The notes below the pieces were generated by a model, which did no database searches, was not told the DNA's origin, and worked only from the letters and a program-made list of their open reading frames with translations. Both the position numbers and the translations under genes were made by a program. A stretch of 51,179 nucleotides of DNA, counting the filler, from Streblomastix strix (taxonomy: Eukaryota): assembly GCA_008636045.1 (NCBI GenBank). It is 3 parts of 3 records of this genome, joined end to end, with 100 filler letters (N's around TTAATTAATTAA, not from the genome) between each part and the next. Parts side by side here need not be neighbours in the genome. Positions count along the whole stretch, not along the records: positions 1 to 16,999 come from SNRW01000739.1; 2 more parts are not named here. One strand, written 5' to 3'. Within the stretch, counting starts at the first letter, position 1. Every line of letters begins with the position of its first letter. This document shows positions 1-12,006 of the stretch, in pieces.

Positions 1-750
1 AACTCCAGGGAAATCCTTTTCGTGAACCCAAAGTTGAGAAGAAAGGAGGAAAGACACCTGTCAGAGGTAAAGCCACAAGTACAAATACTTCTGTTGTCGC
101 AAACTAGAACTAGAGTGAAGATTAGCAGCGCTGACAGCCAGGTGCGAGCTCCCGGACGGTTCCAACTTATGGGAATTCTGAATAGAACAAAGGAGGAGAT
201 TCACACACTAGAAATCTTTCCTAGGTCCCTAATGGAGGAAATATTACAATCTCAACCAAACACAGGAATGGAGTGAAAAACAAGTCGTTATCTGGAGACA
301 AGGAAATTAGTAAAGGGAGTAGAATTCATTTAAAAGGGGTTTTTCCTTCTATTTAAAGACGAGGATAACGAAAAGAGATTGTAAGAGAAACTGAGAATTT
401 GTCCGTTCTCGGGCTCAAGAGAAGAGGAAATAGCATACACAGAGAAATTGGAGGAGATTTAAGAGAAAACACAATTGAATAGATACATCCAGAACAAGCT
501 AAATGGTTTAATCCAACATTCATAATTCCATAGCCTCATCAGAAATGGAGGAAAATTCTGGATGCGAGCGCACTGAACAAAGAAATACAAACGATTCATT
601 TTAAGATGAACGGAACAGATCAAGTGAGAGATTTGATTAGGAAAGAAGATTAGGCAACGAGTCTAGTCCTAAAATCAGCTTTTCACAACCTAACAGTATA
701 TCCACCACATAGACGATACCTAGCATTCGAAGCAATGTGGAAAGTTTACT
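1..750 (+). pseudogene. DIRS/tyrosine-recombinase-type retrotransposon pol, N-terminal RT part (frameshifted relic)
   Basis: From 543: KWRKILDASALNKEIQTIHFKM...ATSLVLKSAFHNLTVYPPHRRYLAFE, matching RT motifs R.I.D...LN and (D)LK.AF. Stops before the YxDD motif. Frameshifts upstream. Confidence 0.85.
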
Positions 751-1582
751 GAATAATCACCCTGGGTACTTAACCTACTTAGTGCGTCTGTTATCTTGTT
801 TGAAACTACCCGGAATATGTTGAGTCTGTGTTTGTATTTTCAGTTGTTGACATAGCTTAACTATTTTCTTCACTTCCGCTATTAGAATTTTCCCTGCTCT
901 TTGTTTTGCTAAATCTTATACAGCGGTAGAGCTGTCCGACTTGATAAGGATCGCTTTGATTTGCAGCTCTTTAAAGACTTATCCGTAGCGGAATAGACCT
1001 AAGAATATGGCTTCCATCTCCTTCTTATTTCTTGTCCATCTCATCTGTTCCTTATTCCATTCTCCATGTTGGACTAAAGTATCTCCTGTTTACAGTTCCA
1101 GAGTTACTCCCCAACCCTTCGGGGATGCGTCCGATACCATCACTGCCTCTGGAATTCTCACTTCTAATGTCATCTCTTAATTCTTCGTCATCATCCCTTG
1201 CCATCAATTTAGCTCTTAAAGGATTTCCTTAGGTAAAATCATATTCTCTTTCCATTCCTTATTCTTCAATGCTCTCGTCTTTGCTGAGTCCATTAACTTT
1301 AGGTAGAGAGAAGCTTCTCTTACTTGGACTCTTAAAAAATTCAGCTTGCCTATTATTGATGCTAGATATTTAATCTTAATTGGGATTTGTCTCTATGTTA
1401 GGCTGATAAATCTCCTTAATTAATAGCGTAGTTCCTATTTTCTTAGGTCCGTCAGCTTTAAGTACATCTTTCCTAAGTCCCATGTCCATCCTAGGAAGTT
1501 AATCTGTTGTTTTGGTTCTATTTCGCATTTCTCTTAGGCTATTGTCCAACCAAATGCTTCCAAAATTTCCATTATTATCAAG
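746..1582 (-). pseudogene. DIRS-type retrotransposon pol, RT C-terminus plus RNase H (inverted relative to 1-750)
   Basis: Minus strand with TAR=Gln: ILEAFGWTIAQEKCEIEPKQQINFLGWTWD, then SDAS, NKKEMEAIFLGL, ILIKSDSSTAV, HIPG and DALSRLSTQGDYS. Frameshifted. Confidence 0.85.
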
Positions 1583-1589
1583 GTTTAAA

Positions 1590-2255
1590 ATGGAAGCACA
1601 AAACACAACTCAACAAATTACATCAAATAATGAAACTTTCACAATTGGTTCATATAACGGGTTCGAAATAATGATATGTAATAAAGATGGGTTCATTAAT
1701 GCAACTAAATTAATTCAATAAATTAATGAAAGAGAATAATTTGTATCAAATCATCAGTTAAATACTTACATCATGTTAGTCAGATAATGGATGCAATTAA
1801 TGAGAAAGTTTAAGCTATCTATGACGAAACATCAAGCATTTAAGAGCACTCAGAAGATACTTTCAATATGGTTATAGAAGAATAAAATATAATTATTGAT
1901 GAGTAAACAAAATAAATAAAATAATTAAAACCAAAACCTGTACCAAAAGATAAGGAGATATAATATATATCAGCTGTTGAATTAGAGGATGAAGGGCAGG
2001 ATGAAATCATTTATTAAGTTAGGCGATTAAATAAAAAACATGTATGCAAAAAAAGAAATCAATCTATTAAAACAGACAAAGTTATTCTTTGATAATCTAC
2101 CGATAGCAATGACCACGAACGAGAAGCTGAAGGAAGGATTATAAAAAGAATTCACTGATATCGATTTCTTTAGTAATAAAATAACAGTGCCAGAAGCAGA
2201 TGACCAAAAGCTATTGGATATCATCAACCGAATCATTGAAGCTTAATATTAATGA
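1590..2255 (+). pseudogene. KilA-N domain protein, internally deleted/frameshifted
   Basis: MEAQNTTQQITSNNETFTIGSYNGFEIMICNKDGFINATKL has the KilA-N signature (YNG..I....DG.INATKL). Ends ...IINRIIEAQYQ-TGA. Confidence 0.8.
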
Positions 2256-2732
2256 ATTGAATTTATTTTTATATTTTTTATTTTTTACCTGATATAAAAT
2301 GACTAGTCAATTTGAGAAACTGAAATTTTATTTAAGCTAATACCAAGTAAAGAAAGACGGACAACTAATAGAACAAATCAATGGCATATAATTTATTAAA
2401 CTTCGCCTATGGAACCTGTAATTCTATTAATTAACTAAAGCCAAAAACAGCGATTATACAAATTATAGGAAGTTAAAATAATATGGGAAATATAACGAAA
2501 AATATATATTCGTAAATGATATAAATAATAGTGAATAGAAATTAAGCATATAACAAATCATTCAATCGAATTATAAAAGGAAACCCATTAATGAAGCAAT
2601 CAATGAGCCCATTAACGGAGCTATAAACGAAGCTATAAACGAATACACCGAAGAATAATAATGTGGGATATGAAAAATAGTCGCTTCGCGGCATTTTTTG
2701 GATAAAAAAAGTTATTTATATTATTAATTAAA

Positions 2733-2981
2733 ATGGAGAAAATATATTAATTAGCTACAAACATCGGCCTATAATATAACGCAACGAATTACGAGATATT
2801 CAAAAAATTCGAGGTATTAATAGAATCAAATAATTTAAATGAAGAGGAAAAATAAACCTATTAATAGTTCAAAGACTATTATTCATTTATTGTACCCGTT
2901 ATTGATAAAACCAATGAAATCATTAACTATTTGCATTATTTAAATTTCCTTATGAAGTTAAATTAAGCTGATAATAATTGA
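2733..2981 (+). CDS. Hypothetical 82-aa protein (Polinton-like block)
   Basis: ATG to TGA open with TAR=Gln: MEKIYQLATNIGLQYNATNYEIFKKFEVLIE... Confidence 0.5.
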
Positions 2982-3001
2982 CCAAGCTACTATTTTATAC
3001 G

Positions 3002-3387
3002 TCATTTATAAAATCAGAGTATATTTATTTCTCTGTATCATTAGCTTCGGAGATTATTTATTTTTTGATTTATAGGGATTGATTATTCATATCCAATAGC
3101 TTTTTAATTTAATTGTATTTATTTTTAAAATATTTCTCCTGTTCATTAAATAATTTATTTTTATATTCTTCTATATCGACATATTATTTTATGCTTTATA
3201 ATTTATTTTACAAATTTAGAAATTATTTATTTATCCTCTGTAATTCTTTCAAAAGTGGATGGCGTTGCTCATTGTTATCTTTGACTAACATATTTTAAAG
3301 GGCATCAATTGTCACCCTTATTGTATCATCATTTTCAAAGTGGCATTTAATAAGTTCATTAAAATGCTGCTTAATTGGCTGGCACAT
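3002..3387 (-). pseudogene. Hypothetical coiled-coil protein, probable 3' frameshift
   Basis: MCQPIKQHFNELIKCHFENDDTIRVTIDALQNMLVKD... is open for >100 codons with TAR=Gln. The end is uncertain. Confidence 0.45.
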
Positions 3388-3399
3388 ATATATAAAATA

Positions 3400-4577
3400 A
3401 AAATAATTATCGGAATCATAATGTTCTTCCATTGAAAGTTAATGTATTTCTATCAGCGGATATTTATAATCCTCTGGTATTTTCACCAGCTTATGACGCT
3501 ACAGCTATTATAAAATTTTTAGAATTATTTATAGTAGTATTTGGTGATGTAAATATTGCCCATTTTCCTACAATAGCACCAGTGTTAGATGTTCTACTAT
3601 ATCCTAACTAAATCGATGAATTACCTGAATTTTCACCAGATCTGGCTATTCACAAATCATCATCATAACTAAATGCTGGAGGATTTATTTAAATATTACC
3701 GGAAGTAACACTAGCAAATGAAGTAGGAGTACAAACATTTAAAACATAACTTTAAACTAATTTAAAATTTGGATATTTTGAGCTTAAATTACTCCCCTGA
3801 TAATTAATATGCAATGGAGTGCCAACTGGATAGTTAGTATTAAAAGGCAATATCAATTCTTTGCTATTTATTAATTATTAGAGAATCCCATTATTATTAT
3901 TGAATAACATTAACGGATTATTTTATCCTGTTTGCTATATTTCAAGTTGATTGTTTTTGAATGTTTTTCTACCTGTTATTGTCCCTGGTTATGCTTTAAT
4001 AACATATTAATCATATATTGTTCCTCTAGTTATATAATCCTCATCATCTTCCGCTATTATACCATGCCGTATCATACATCCACACTGTCCCGCTCTCCAC
4101 GCTAAATGCAAAATCACCATCAGCGGAATTTGTTAATGAAAATATATAAGCATTCAATAAATAATATCCCCTAAAATGCTGCTATCGAGCAAGCTCTTAT
4201 TGAATGGTTATTATATCATTTTTTTACCCCAACAATATCGGTGTCAATAGAACCGACAGCAGATTATAATTAATTTACTTCATTAATTAATTGATTAATT
4301 TATGCGACGAAATCAAAATTTAGAAACTTTAAATTCTTTATCATAAGCAAGCCATCAGCGACTATTTTTAATGCAAAATCTGAAGCTTGTCCATCAATAA
4401 TTTAATTATTGGCCGCATAAACTAATGCGTTATAGTTATCTATAAACAATTAATAATCTTCATTTTGAAGCATGCTAGAGGCTGAACTTCCACGTTTTTA
4501 ATACTGGATATAATAAGCTATATCTTTAGTAATTAATTAACGGACTGCGCGGATCTGTTATTATGAAAGGAGTACAT
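3400..4577 (-). pseudogene. Virion fibre/tail-fibre-like protein relic
   Basis: Frameshifted segments ELARQQHFRGYYLLN...NSADGDFAFSVESGTVWMYDTAWYNSG and IARSGENSGNSSIQLGYSRTSNTGAIVGKWAIFT are Gly/Ser/aromatic beta-rich, like fibre proteins (inference). Confidence 0.45.
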
Positions 4578-4716
4578 TATTTTTTATCATTTATGAATAG
4601 TAAAAATATAATTTCCAAAAAAGAAAGAGCCATAAATGTACTCAATAACGGAAACCCATTTATATAAAAATAAAAATAATTAACGGAATCATAAACGAAA
4701 TATACAAACGGATCTG

Positions 4717-4923
4717 TCAGCGTTTATTTATAAGTCTATCTACGGCCTCCGCAAGATTAGCACCTGCGCCAAGTGCTCCACCGATGGCTGGATGAATCAT
4801 TCCTACGGGTCCAGATACCGTTGAAAGAACATTATGAAGAGTTGGCGCTATTCACTGAGCCGCGTGCTTGACGCCTCTTAAAATTTTACTTCCGAAATTT
4901 TCTATCTTTGAGATGAACGCCGT
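4717..4923 (-). pseudogene. 68-aa amphipathic/Gly-Ala-rich small protein (candidate membrane-lytic virion protein)
   Basis: (ACG)AFISKIENFGSKILRGVKHAAQ*IAPTLHNVLSTVSGPVGMIHPAIGGALGAGANLAEAVDRLINKR-TGA. GC-richer than flanks. Start codon mutated, one internal TGA. Confidence 0.6.
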
Positions 4924-5071
4924 TTATTTTATAATAAGAATAATAAATTCATTCGTTATAATCATTAATGTAATCATTAACGGAATCACTAATTTTAGTC
5001 ATTAATTGAAATCATTTATATAATGATTAACGGATTCATTCATCGTTTTTAATTATTTTTATTTATTTAAA

Positions 5072-7042
5072 ATGTCATTCAACTCAAGCAATTATTTAAG
5101 TTGTCTCACGAAAATGCTACATTCAGACTATATTAGTGGCTATATGGCTATGGGGGAGGTATTAAGAACCATGAGCATTCATCTATAATCTTTCACCATA
5201 TCAAAATAAAAATTTTTTGACCAGCCATTGACATAATTAAATTCCGCGGGAGTTATATATACCCGATCTCCAATAGCAGCTAGAGGATCAGCTACTTATT
5301 CAATGGTTCAAACTTGCTATGTATATTTGGACTATAAAAATACCTAAAAATACATTGGCTATATTATTAAACAAAGTAGTTGAACCTATACCACCAGCCT
5401 TAATTAACACAGACACAACAGCTAATCCAGCTGTTAATTTTAATAAGAAAGCAGGAATCACAGCTGAACAAACTGTTAGTATGGCATAGGGGTCATAAGA
5501 ATATGCACTAACTGAAGTCTTACGTTTTTGGTTAGGATTTTCTACTGCGTGCGGCCCATTTAATTAATTTGCTATATGTTAAGATAGTATGAAGTTATGG
5601 GCTACATCAATTTATGCAAGAGAGCAAGCCGCAATATGTTCAAATTCATTAAATGATTTTTACGCTAATAACTCCGTCAGCGTATCACCACTTGAAAGCA
5701 TTGTTGCAGGAAATCGGAACTGTGGAGTAATTATAGACGTACCATTAAGCGCAATAAATACATAAACAACATCATCTGAATGGTATTATCCAATACCTAA
5801 TGATATTGTTTTTTGCGGTGTTCTTGATTAAAATAAATTGAACCCGATATTTAATTCATTTCTTGTTTTGACAAGAAATTACGCATCATTGTATTTATAG
5901 TTATGGATGCAAGATTTCTTATAATATTTGAAGGTTGTTTGGCTAAATAAAACTGATACAATAGCAAATAGACATTTAGCTTACCAAATGATAACACCTG
6001 AGAAGTCTGATATGGTATATTTATAAAACACCATATTCGCAACATACCCTGATTCTAGCTATGGCAAATTTTGTGTTAGAATAGTTAATATGAAAGGTCG
6101 AGCTTAAACTGATAAATCATCATAGAACACCATTAGCTAAATTTAAGATGCAGTATTTACAAAATTAGAGATTTAAAATGCGTACTTCAATATTGAAAAT
6201 GAAGACGTGATTATTTAACATATGCAAAACCAAAAAATAATTAATTTCCCAACTTAAGAATTAAGGTCACAATCTTCCAATTTTCCATTTAATAATTTCG
6301 GTATCATAAGCGGTAGTCTTTAATTATTATGTCATTTTCAAACATTAAGGCTATGTTTACGACTTTCGCCATGCCCCAGTATCCAACGTGATTCTTCACT
6401 GTCCTATTCCACAACTTTGATTTGGTCATCGATTAGCGGCATGTGATACCATAACCATACGAAGCATTAACTTAAGCCGTATGCGGCTAAATGTTTGAAT
6501 GTCTTGTTGATTAGGATGTCGTTAGTGCCCCCTCTGATTTATGTCATTCTCTTACATTCGAGAATAGAAACATAGACGACCAAAAATACTTTTATGGATA
6601 TAACAGCGCAAGCGCAGCCAATATAAAGCAAGCAAATATATTTTATCGTACTACATTATTTAATGGAACAAAAGAAACTAAAACATTATATCCAAATAAA
6701 TTTATGTTTGCGTCGAAACTCGCTACAGATGATTCATTTATGCGAGGCTATAATTCTTCAAAAGTAAGTGCTAGAACAAATATATAGGTTATTTTAAATG
6801 GTAATTTAGTGAGAGAAATTAATGAAACCATTGATATAAATGCCACATAAAAATAAAACAATTTTGCCGAATTTTGTGGCACAAGAGCATATCCTGACCC
6901 TGTAGAGGTTGGACTGACACCGATTACTCATTATCTTTGTGATGCAATAGTTCGGATAATGTTTGATGATAATTCTGACCCATAAGTGCTTAGTATGGAG
7001 GTGATTGGAGAGATGGGTGGCTCAATGATCCGCAATAGTTGA
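5072..7042 (+). pseudogene. Putative Polinton-like major capsid protein (double jelly-roll by inference), disrupted
   Basis: ATG MSFNSSNYL... to ...THYLCDAIVRIMFDDNSDPQVLSMEVIGEMGGSMIRNS-TGA, ~655 codons, beta-strand-like content, intronless, with internal stops and frameshifts. Assignment rests on size, context and recalled similarity, not a search. Confidence 0.55.
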
Positions 7043-7064
7043 AAACTTTAAAATTAATTATTTT

Positions 7065-7190
7065 TCAACGGCAAATTTTAGATTCGCAAGCGTATTTAAT
7101 TGCTGCCTCCCAAATTGTTTTAAATATATCATGCCAATTTATATTTAATTAATCAAGAGTATTAATTATAGTCTCATTAAAGCTTTCCAT
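7065..7190 (-). CDS. 41-aa hypothetical protein
   Basis: MESFNETIINTLDQLNINWHDIFKTIWEAAIKYACESKICR-TGA, convergent with the capsid gene. Confidence 0.4.
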
Positions 7191-7235
7191 TTATATTTTT
7201 TAAAAAATTTCAATTTCAATCGAAATTAATAAAGT

Positions 7236-7983
7236 TGGTTGAATTTTTTGGTTAAATACTTTTGGTTTGGTTAAGTATTTTTTCAAACTTATTGATTAGT
7301 TTTTGATATAATTATAAAATACAAAAAGAACTTACATAAATACAAAAGAAATTATATAAATATTTTCTTAATTATTATTGTACTTATTAGGAAGCAACGA
7401 GTTTTAAAATAGTTTTTATATATTTCATCGCCGAGTTAATAATTTAGTGCAATTTATTTTATTGAAAATTTAGTGAAAATAATAATAAAAATTAGCACAA
7501 AACAATTAAAATATGTTAAAAATTTGGGAGAAAAAAATTATTTTGTCTTAAAAAAATTAATAATTAAAAAATTTATATCAATAAAATATAATTATATAAT
7601 TTATTAATAAAATTGCAATTAAGTAAATATATTTTTTCAATAATCTTCAACAAACGTTTATTATTTTTGGATATTAAAAAATATTAATTTGAACTATATA
7701 TGAATTGTTAAATATTTATTTCCTTTTAAATATATTATAAAGTGAAAGATTAATTAAATATATATATATATAATAAAATCCTAGTTATGACGCTTCAATT
7801 TTAATTTCTTTTTAAAAAATAACAAATTTTCAGGTCTTAGATTTTACATTATTTATTTATTCTAAAAAAATAAATTTAATTTCAATAAACTATACTATTA
7901 GTTATAAATATATCAAAAACTAATTAATAAGTTTGCAAAAGTACATAACTAACAAAAAAGTACTTAACTAAAATCTTTAACCT
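7236..7983. mobile_element. AT-rich MITE-like insertion with ~80-bp imperfect TIRs
   Basis: 7237-7316 (ggttgaattttttggttaaatac...caaacttattgattagtttttgatata) is the imperfect reverse complement of ~7900-7982. AAGT flanks both sides. Non-coding interior. Confidence 0.55.
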
Positions 7984-8635
7984 AAGTGCAATTAATTTCC
8001 ACATTTAATGGTGATGATAAAATTGCAAGAAAATTTGAATTTATGATTACCTCGCCCAGCTAATTGATTATACAGTCGAGATGTTAATTTATATTTCGTG
8101 ATGAAGCCGTTAAATGCTACAAGGTTATTCGATCAGAAAAATTAGGGATAAATTCATCATCAACGTATCCCGCAGTGACGGGTATGTTAGTCAAACCACC
8201 TTATGACGTCCAATGAAGATATGCACTAATATATACTATACCGCTGCTATGCAAAACTAAAGAACCATGGCTTAATCCAACGATATAATCACCTGTGTGA
8301 AAGAATCCTGATTTTGCTGATATTAGTGCAATAATTTAGTTATTGAATTTTAATTTTGTGCAATCGAAATCAATAATTATGCCCTTATAATCATATGCTT
8401 AATCTTATTATTTTTATATTCTAAATTTTGATTAAGTTGAGCCAACTTTCCATATACCATCTCTATCTTCGGGGTCAATATTGCAGCTAGTAAAAACAAA
8501 ACTATCCCAATTCGCTTTATTTTTCAGTATCCTGATATCTTAATCTAATATTGTATCACTCAATTCAATACTAATTTACCCAAACGCATGAAGATACTGA
8601 TTAGGTAAAAATCTCCTATATCAATTGTATCTCCA
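7984..8635 (-). pseudogene. Fibre-tip/beta-sandwich-like protein relic, 3' end cut by the MITE
   Basis: ...HSSGIVYISAYLHWTSQGGLTNIPVTAGYVDDEFIPNF...LDCIINQLGEVIINSNF...VEINCT. Frameshifts in the 5' part. Confidence 0.4.
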
Positions 8636-8983
8636 TTAGCAAGTAGAGTTTAATTATTTGTGCCACCTTACTTTATTATTTTTTCCACATAAATAGGTGA
8701 TAGAAAGGTTTTGATTCCGCCAATAGTTTGATTGATTTTAAGATTAACAAACCTAACAGCCTTTTTAAAATATTGGGACAGATAAGAAAACCATTTTAAT
8801 GTTTGAATATCAATGATTGCCATAAATTGATTTTTTTACTTTATTTATTTCATTTACTCGTCCTATTATTATTTCAATAGTTGAAACTATTATTGTTCTT
8901 AAGCTAAATCATCCTCAACAAGATTTTATAAATCGCTTAAAATTTGTGTATCCATTTATATAAAAATAAATTTATTTTATCGT

Positions 8984-9439
8984 TCAAAAATTATCTTTTG
9001 TAATTTCAGAGGTAGGAGCATCAGACAAACTCACAAAGTCTTTATTTATCCTGTATAATTTTTCAATACTGTTCCATAACACAATATCAATAACGGATAC
9101 GCTAACGCTCTGAATTAACACATCCATTACACGTATTAAATCTTTCTTTTTATATGTTTTACCCATGCACGAATGGGCCCGCATTAGTGGCTCCTCTAAT
9201 ACTATTTCAATATTATCCTCAGCATTTTATATTATTAATGACCAAAATTTGATGATGTTATCAGAGGAGAAAATAAAGTCATCGCCTCGTTTTCTTGTGG
9301 TAACTGTAGCCCAAATTTTATCAATAATGAATTTCATTACTTCTAAATTTGGATGAGAAAGATATATATTTCTTGGCTGTTCTTCTGCAAGCTTTTATAT
9401 AGCCTCTTCTGGTTCAATTTATGCAGTGGTATGTTCCAT
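8984..9439 (-). CDS. 151-aa hypothetical protein (Polinton-like block)
   Basis: Open ATG to TGA with TAR=Gln: MEHTTAQIEPEEAIQKLAEEQPRNIYLSHPNLEVMKFIIDKIW...SEITKDNF. Extends track ORF 8984..9184. Confidence 0.6.
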
Positions 9440-10529
9440 ATCTTTATATTTATTTATGTTATATTTTTTATGATTTCTTGCTGATTATTATTCATTTGTC
9501 TCTTCCGTTTATGGCTCCATAAATGACCTTTCCGTTGTTTCCTAATCTGTGGGCATTATTTTTATTCGCCTAATTGTTTCGTCGAATATTTGAAGTTTTA
9601 TTTTATCTTGATCTTATAGTTCTGTTTATTTTAATTAGAACTTTTATTTTTTTGTTTTTGACATGCGCAATTAATTTCTTTCTATTCCTTTTATAATTTT
9701 ATAATTATAAAAATATTAAAATTGATTAGGCACATGCATAAAAAAATTTGATTGAGAATGGAACATAAATCGAATACTTTGACAATGGATATGTTATGCA
9801 AGTTAAGGATAAAATTAAAGTTTATGAGGATGGGAAAAAATCAGCGCGTGCATTGACTCAGGCACAATAAAATAAGTTACTTTTATAAGCGAGAAGCGGG
9901 GGCATTGAGAAAAAAAGATATAAAAACATATTGATGAATACGAGGAGGTAGAAGAAAATGAAACTAAAGTCTCATAGAATTAAAGCGAAAGCGAAGTAAG
10001 AGAAAAGCCATTGGAAAAATTTGCTAGAAAGCGAATAGTAAAAGGTTCAAAATAGCCATAAATTAATTATACTAATCCGTGGCCCGATTTGGAAAAACTG
10101 ATACGATTGAGATCAGTAAACTCATTTATAAAATAATAACATTAAGACGTAATAAAATAGGTAGAGAAATATAAGCAAAAAATAAAAGGTTATAAGCAAC
10201 CAAAATATATTTTTGTATTCGTTTTATAATTAGAAAATCAAGTTCGACCCAAGAAAATGGAAAACTGTCTCTAATCAAACTATTAAAACATTTAGTTTGA
10301 AATAATATATTTAATTGTTATTAACAGAATTATTAATATATTCCTGTTATACCTGTTATATGTACGTAAAAACTTAAAATTAGTTCAAATGTTTTTTATG
10401 TTCATAATGTCTGCTTTTTCCGGCCTGATCCACAATCGCTATATATAGATTAATAAAAAAAAGAATTTTTTTTTGAAGATTATGAAGTATTTTTATTGTA
10501 AAATAAAAAATAAAAATAAGATAAAGTGA

Positions 10530-11500
10530 TGAGCATGATTAATTTTCATATAATTATTTGTTGTTATCTCTCTTCTTGATCAACATTCATTTTTTTATCA
10601 TTTTACTACATTTTGATTTCTTTTCACCATTTGTTCTCTTCCATTTCAATTGATGCATATTAATATTCTTAACGCTTTTTCTCCTTATCACGCATGCCAC
10701 TACTGCTTGATAATTTCTTCTGTATTTAAATAAAATTAATGATATTAAACATAATTATAAAATATTTAATAATACCTTTTTATAACAGATACAAACAATA
10801 ATAATCAGAGCTACAACAGTACAAACTACCACAACTACAGCTGCAATAATAATCCATATAATCGTTGTAATTCCAAGCCTTGCTTTGTTAAATCCTTCCA
10901 CTTCAGCTGTATTAAATCCTCCAGATACAAGTTCGGCATCTTGAAGTGAATTATCATCTGTTTGAACAAGGACAGAAACAGTAAGCTTCTTCCCTTTCTT
11001 TGCAAGATCATCCTCACCAATTGATGCAGAAATTGAATTATCGCTCTCCCAAACAGTAGCATAATCCTCTAATTTATACTATTTAACTGCATCAGCATTC
11101 GCTATCTGATCTAATATTACTAACTATCTATTATGATTTTAATTATTTAATACACTTTAATAGTTCATTTGCAGATTTATCTTTAATTGGAAATACTACA
11201 AAATGTTTATTGTTAATATTAGTGCAAAATAGATATTATTGAATTTCTTTATTAATTGTTGGATATATTACAAATACAATATCAATTTTCCAGCTTCTAA
11301 CTCTGATTAGAAATATGGAAGTTAATTCATCTTTAATGGCTTCAATTTAATGCCTTGTACTACATCGGTTTTATCTTTATCTTTGCTCCTAAATGGATTC
11401 TTAATTTTTTATGGATCCTGTTAAACCTTTGGTTTTTAAGGTTTAACGTTCAAATTTATTCATTCAGCATGAAACTTTTAAAATTATCGAAATAAATATT
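10530..11500 (-). pseudogene. C-terminal fragment of a single-pass (type I) surface protein
   Basis: DYATVWESDNSISASIGEDDL...EGFNKARLG, TM ITTIIWIIIAAVVVVVCTVVALIIIVCICY, then KK. GT-AG intron 10720-10775. Disrupted upstream and downstream. Confidence 0.55.
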
Positions 11501-11809
11501 ATACCATTAAGAAATAGTTTTATCTTCCAACAATTCCTCAAAGTAATTAATTTTGAATTACTTTTTAAATACAAAATTTAAATTTATAATTAAATCCACT
11601 ATTTTTTTGTTCAACTTTGAATGCTATATCATCTATAAATTATTTAATTTATTTTTTGCATTTATTTTATATAATTATTATTGATAATAATCTATTCAAA
11701 TTTTATTTTAAAAAAAAAATTTTTAAAATTTCAAAATATTAAATAAGACATGATAATTACTGTAATGTATTTTATTTAAATTAGTATTTTTTCAGTATTT
11801 TTATCACTA

Positions 11810-12006
11810 GAGTTGTAGCGTAGCTGCTGATACACAGAAACTACCGCTTTCACTGTACACAGTTAGTGCGTTCGATTCCCACATAAGCCAATGTTGGCAG
11901 ACATTGAAACTGTCCTAAACACTTCAAAAGAGGGTAGATAATTCCACAGTTGTGACGAGTGTACCTGAGTTGGGGTAGAGGCAGCTACTTCCATTGAAGG
12001 TTTTTA
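11810..12006 (+). ncRNA. tRNA-like/Pol III-type structured element (SINE-like or unknown ncRNA)
   Basis: GC-richer island with an A-box-like TAGCGTAGCTG, a T-arm gtgcg-TTCGATT-cccac followed by ataagcca, a downstream hairpin and a T-run at ~12001. No canonical anticodon arm. Confidence 0.4.

Larger units (their letters stand above)
1590..10300. mobile_element. Decayed Polinton/Maverick-like endogenous virus segment (structural gene block)
   Basis: Dense intronless genes on both strands, including KilA-N, fibre-like genes and a ~655-codon capsid-sized gene, with many stops and frameshifts. No integrase, ATPase or TIR seen here. Boundaries approximate. Confidence 0.6.

Noticed and set aside
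11825..11850. Hammerhead ribozyme core (ctgata...gaaac)
   Set aside because: Lacks the CUGANGA consensus and a stem II between the motifs.
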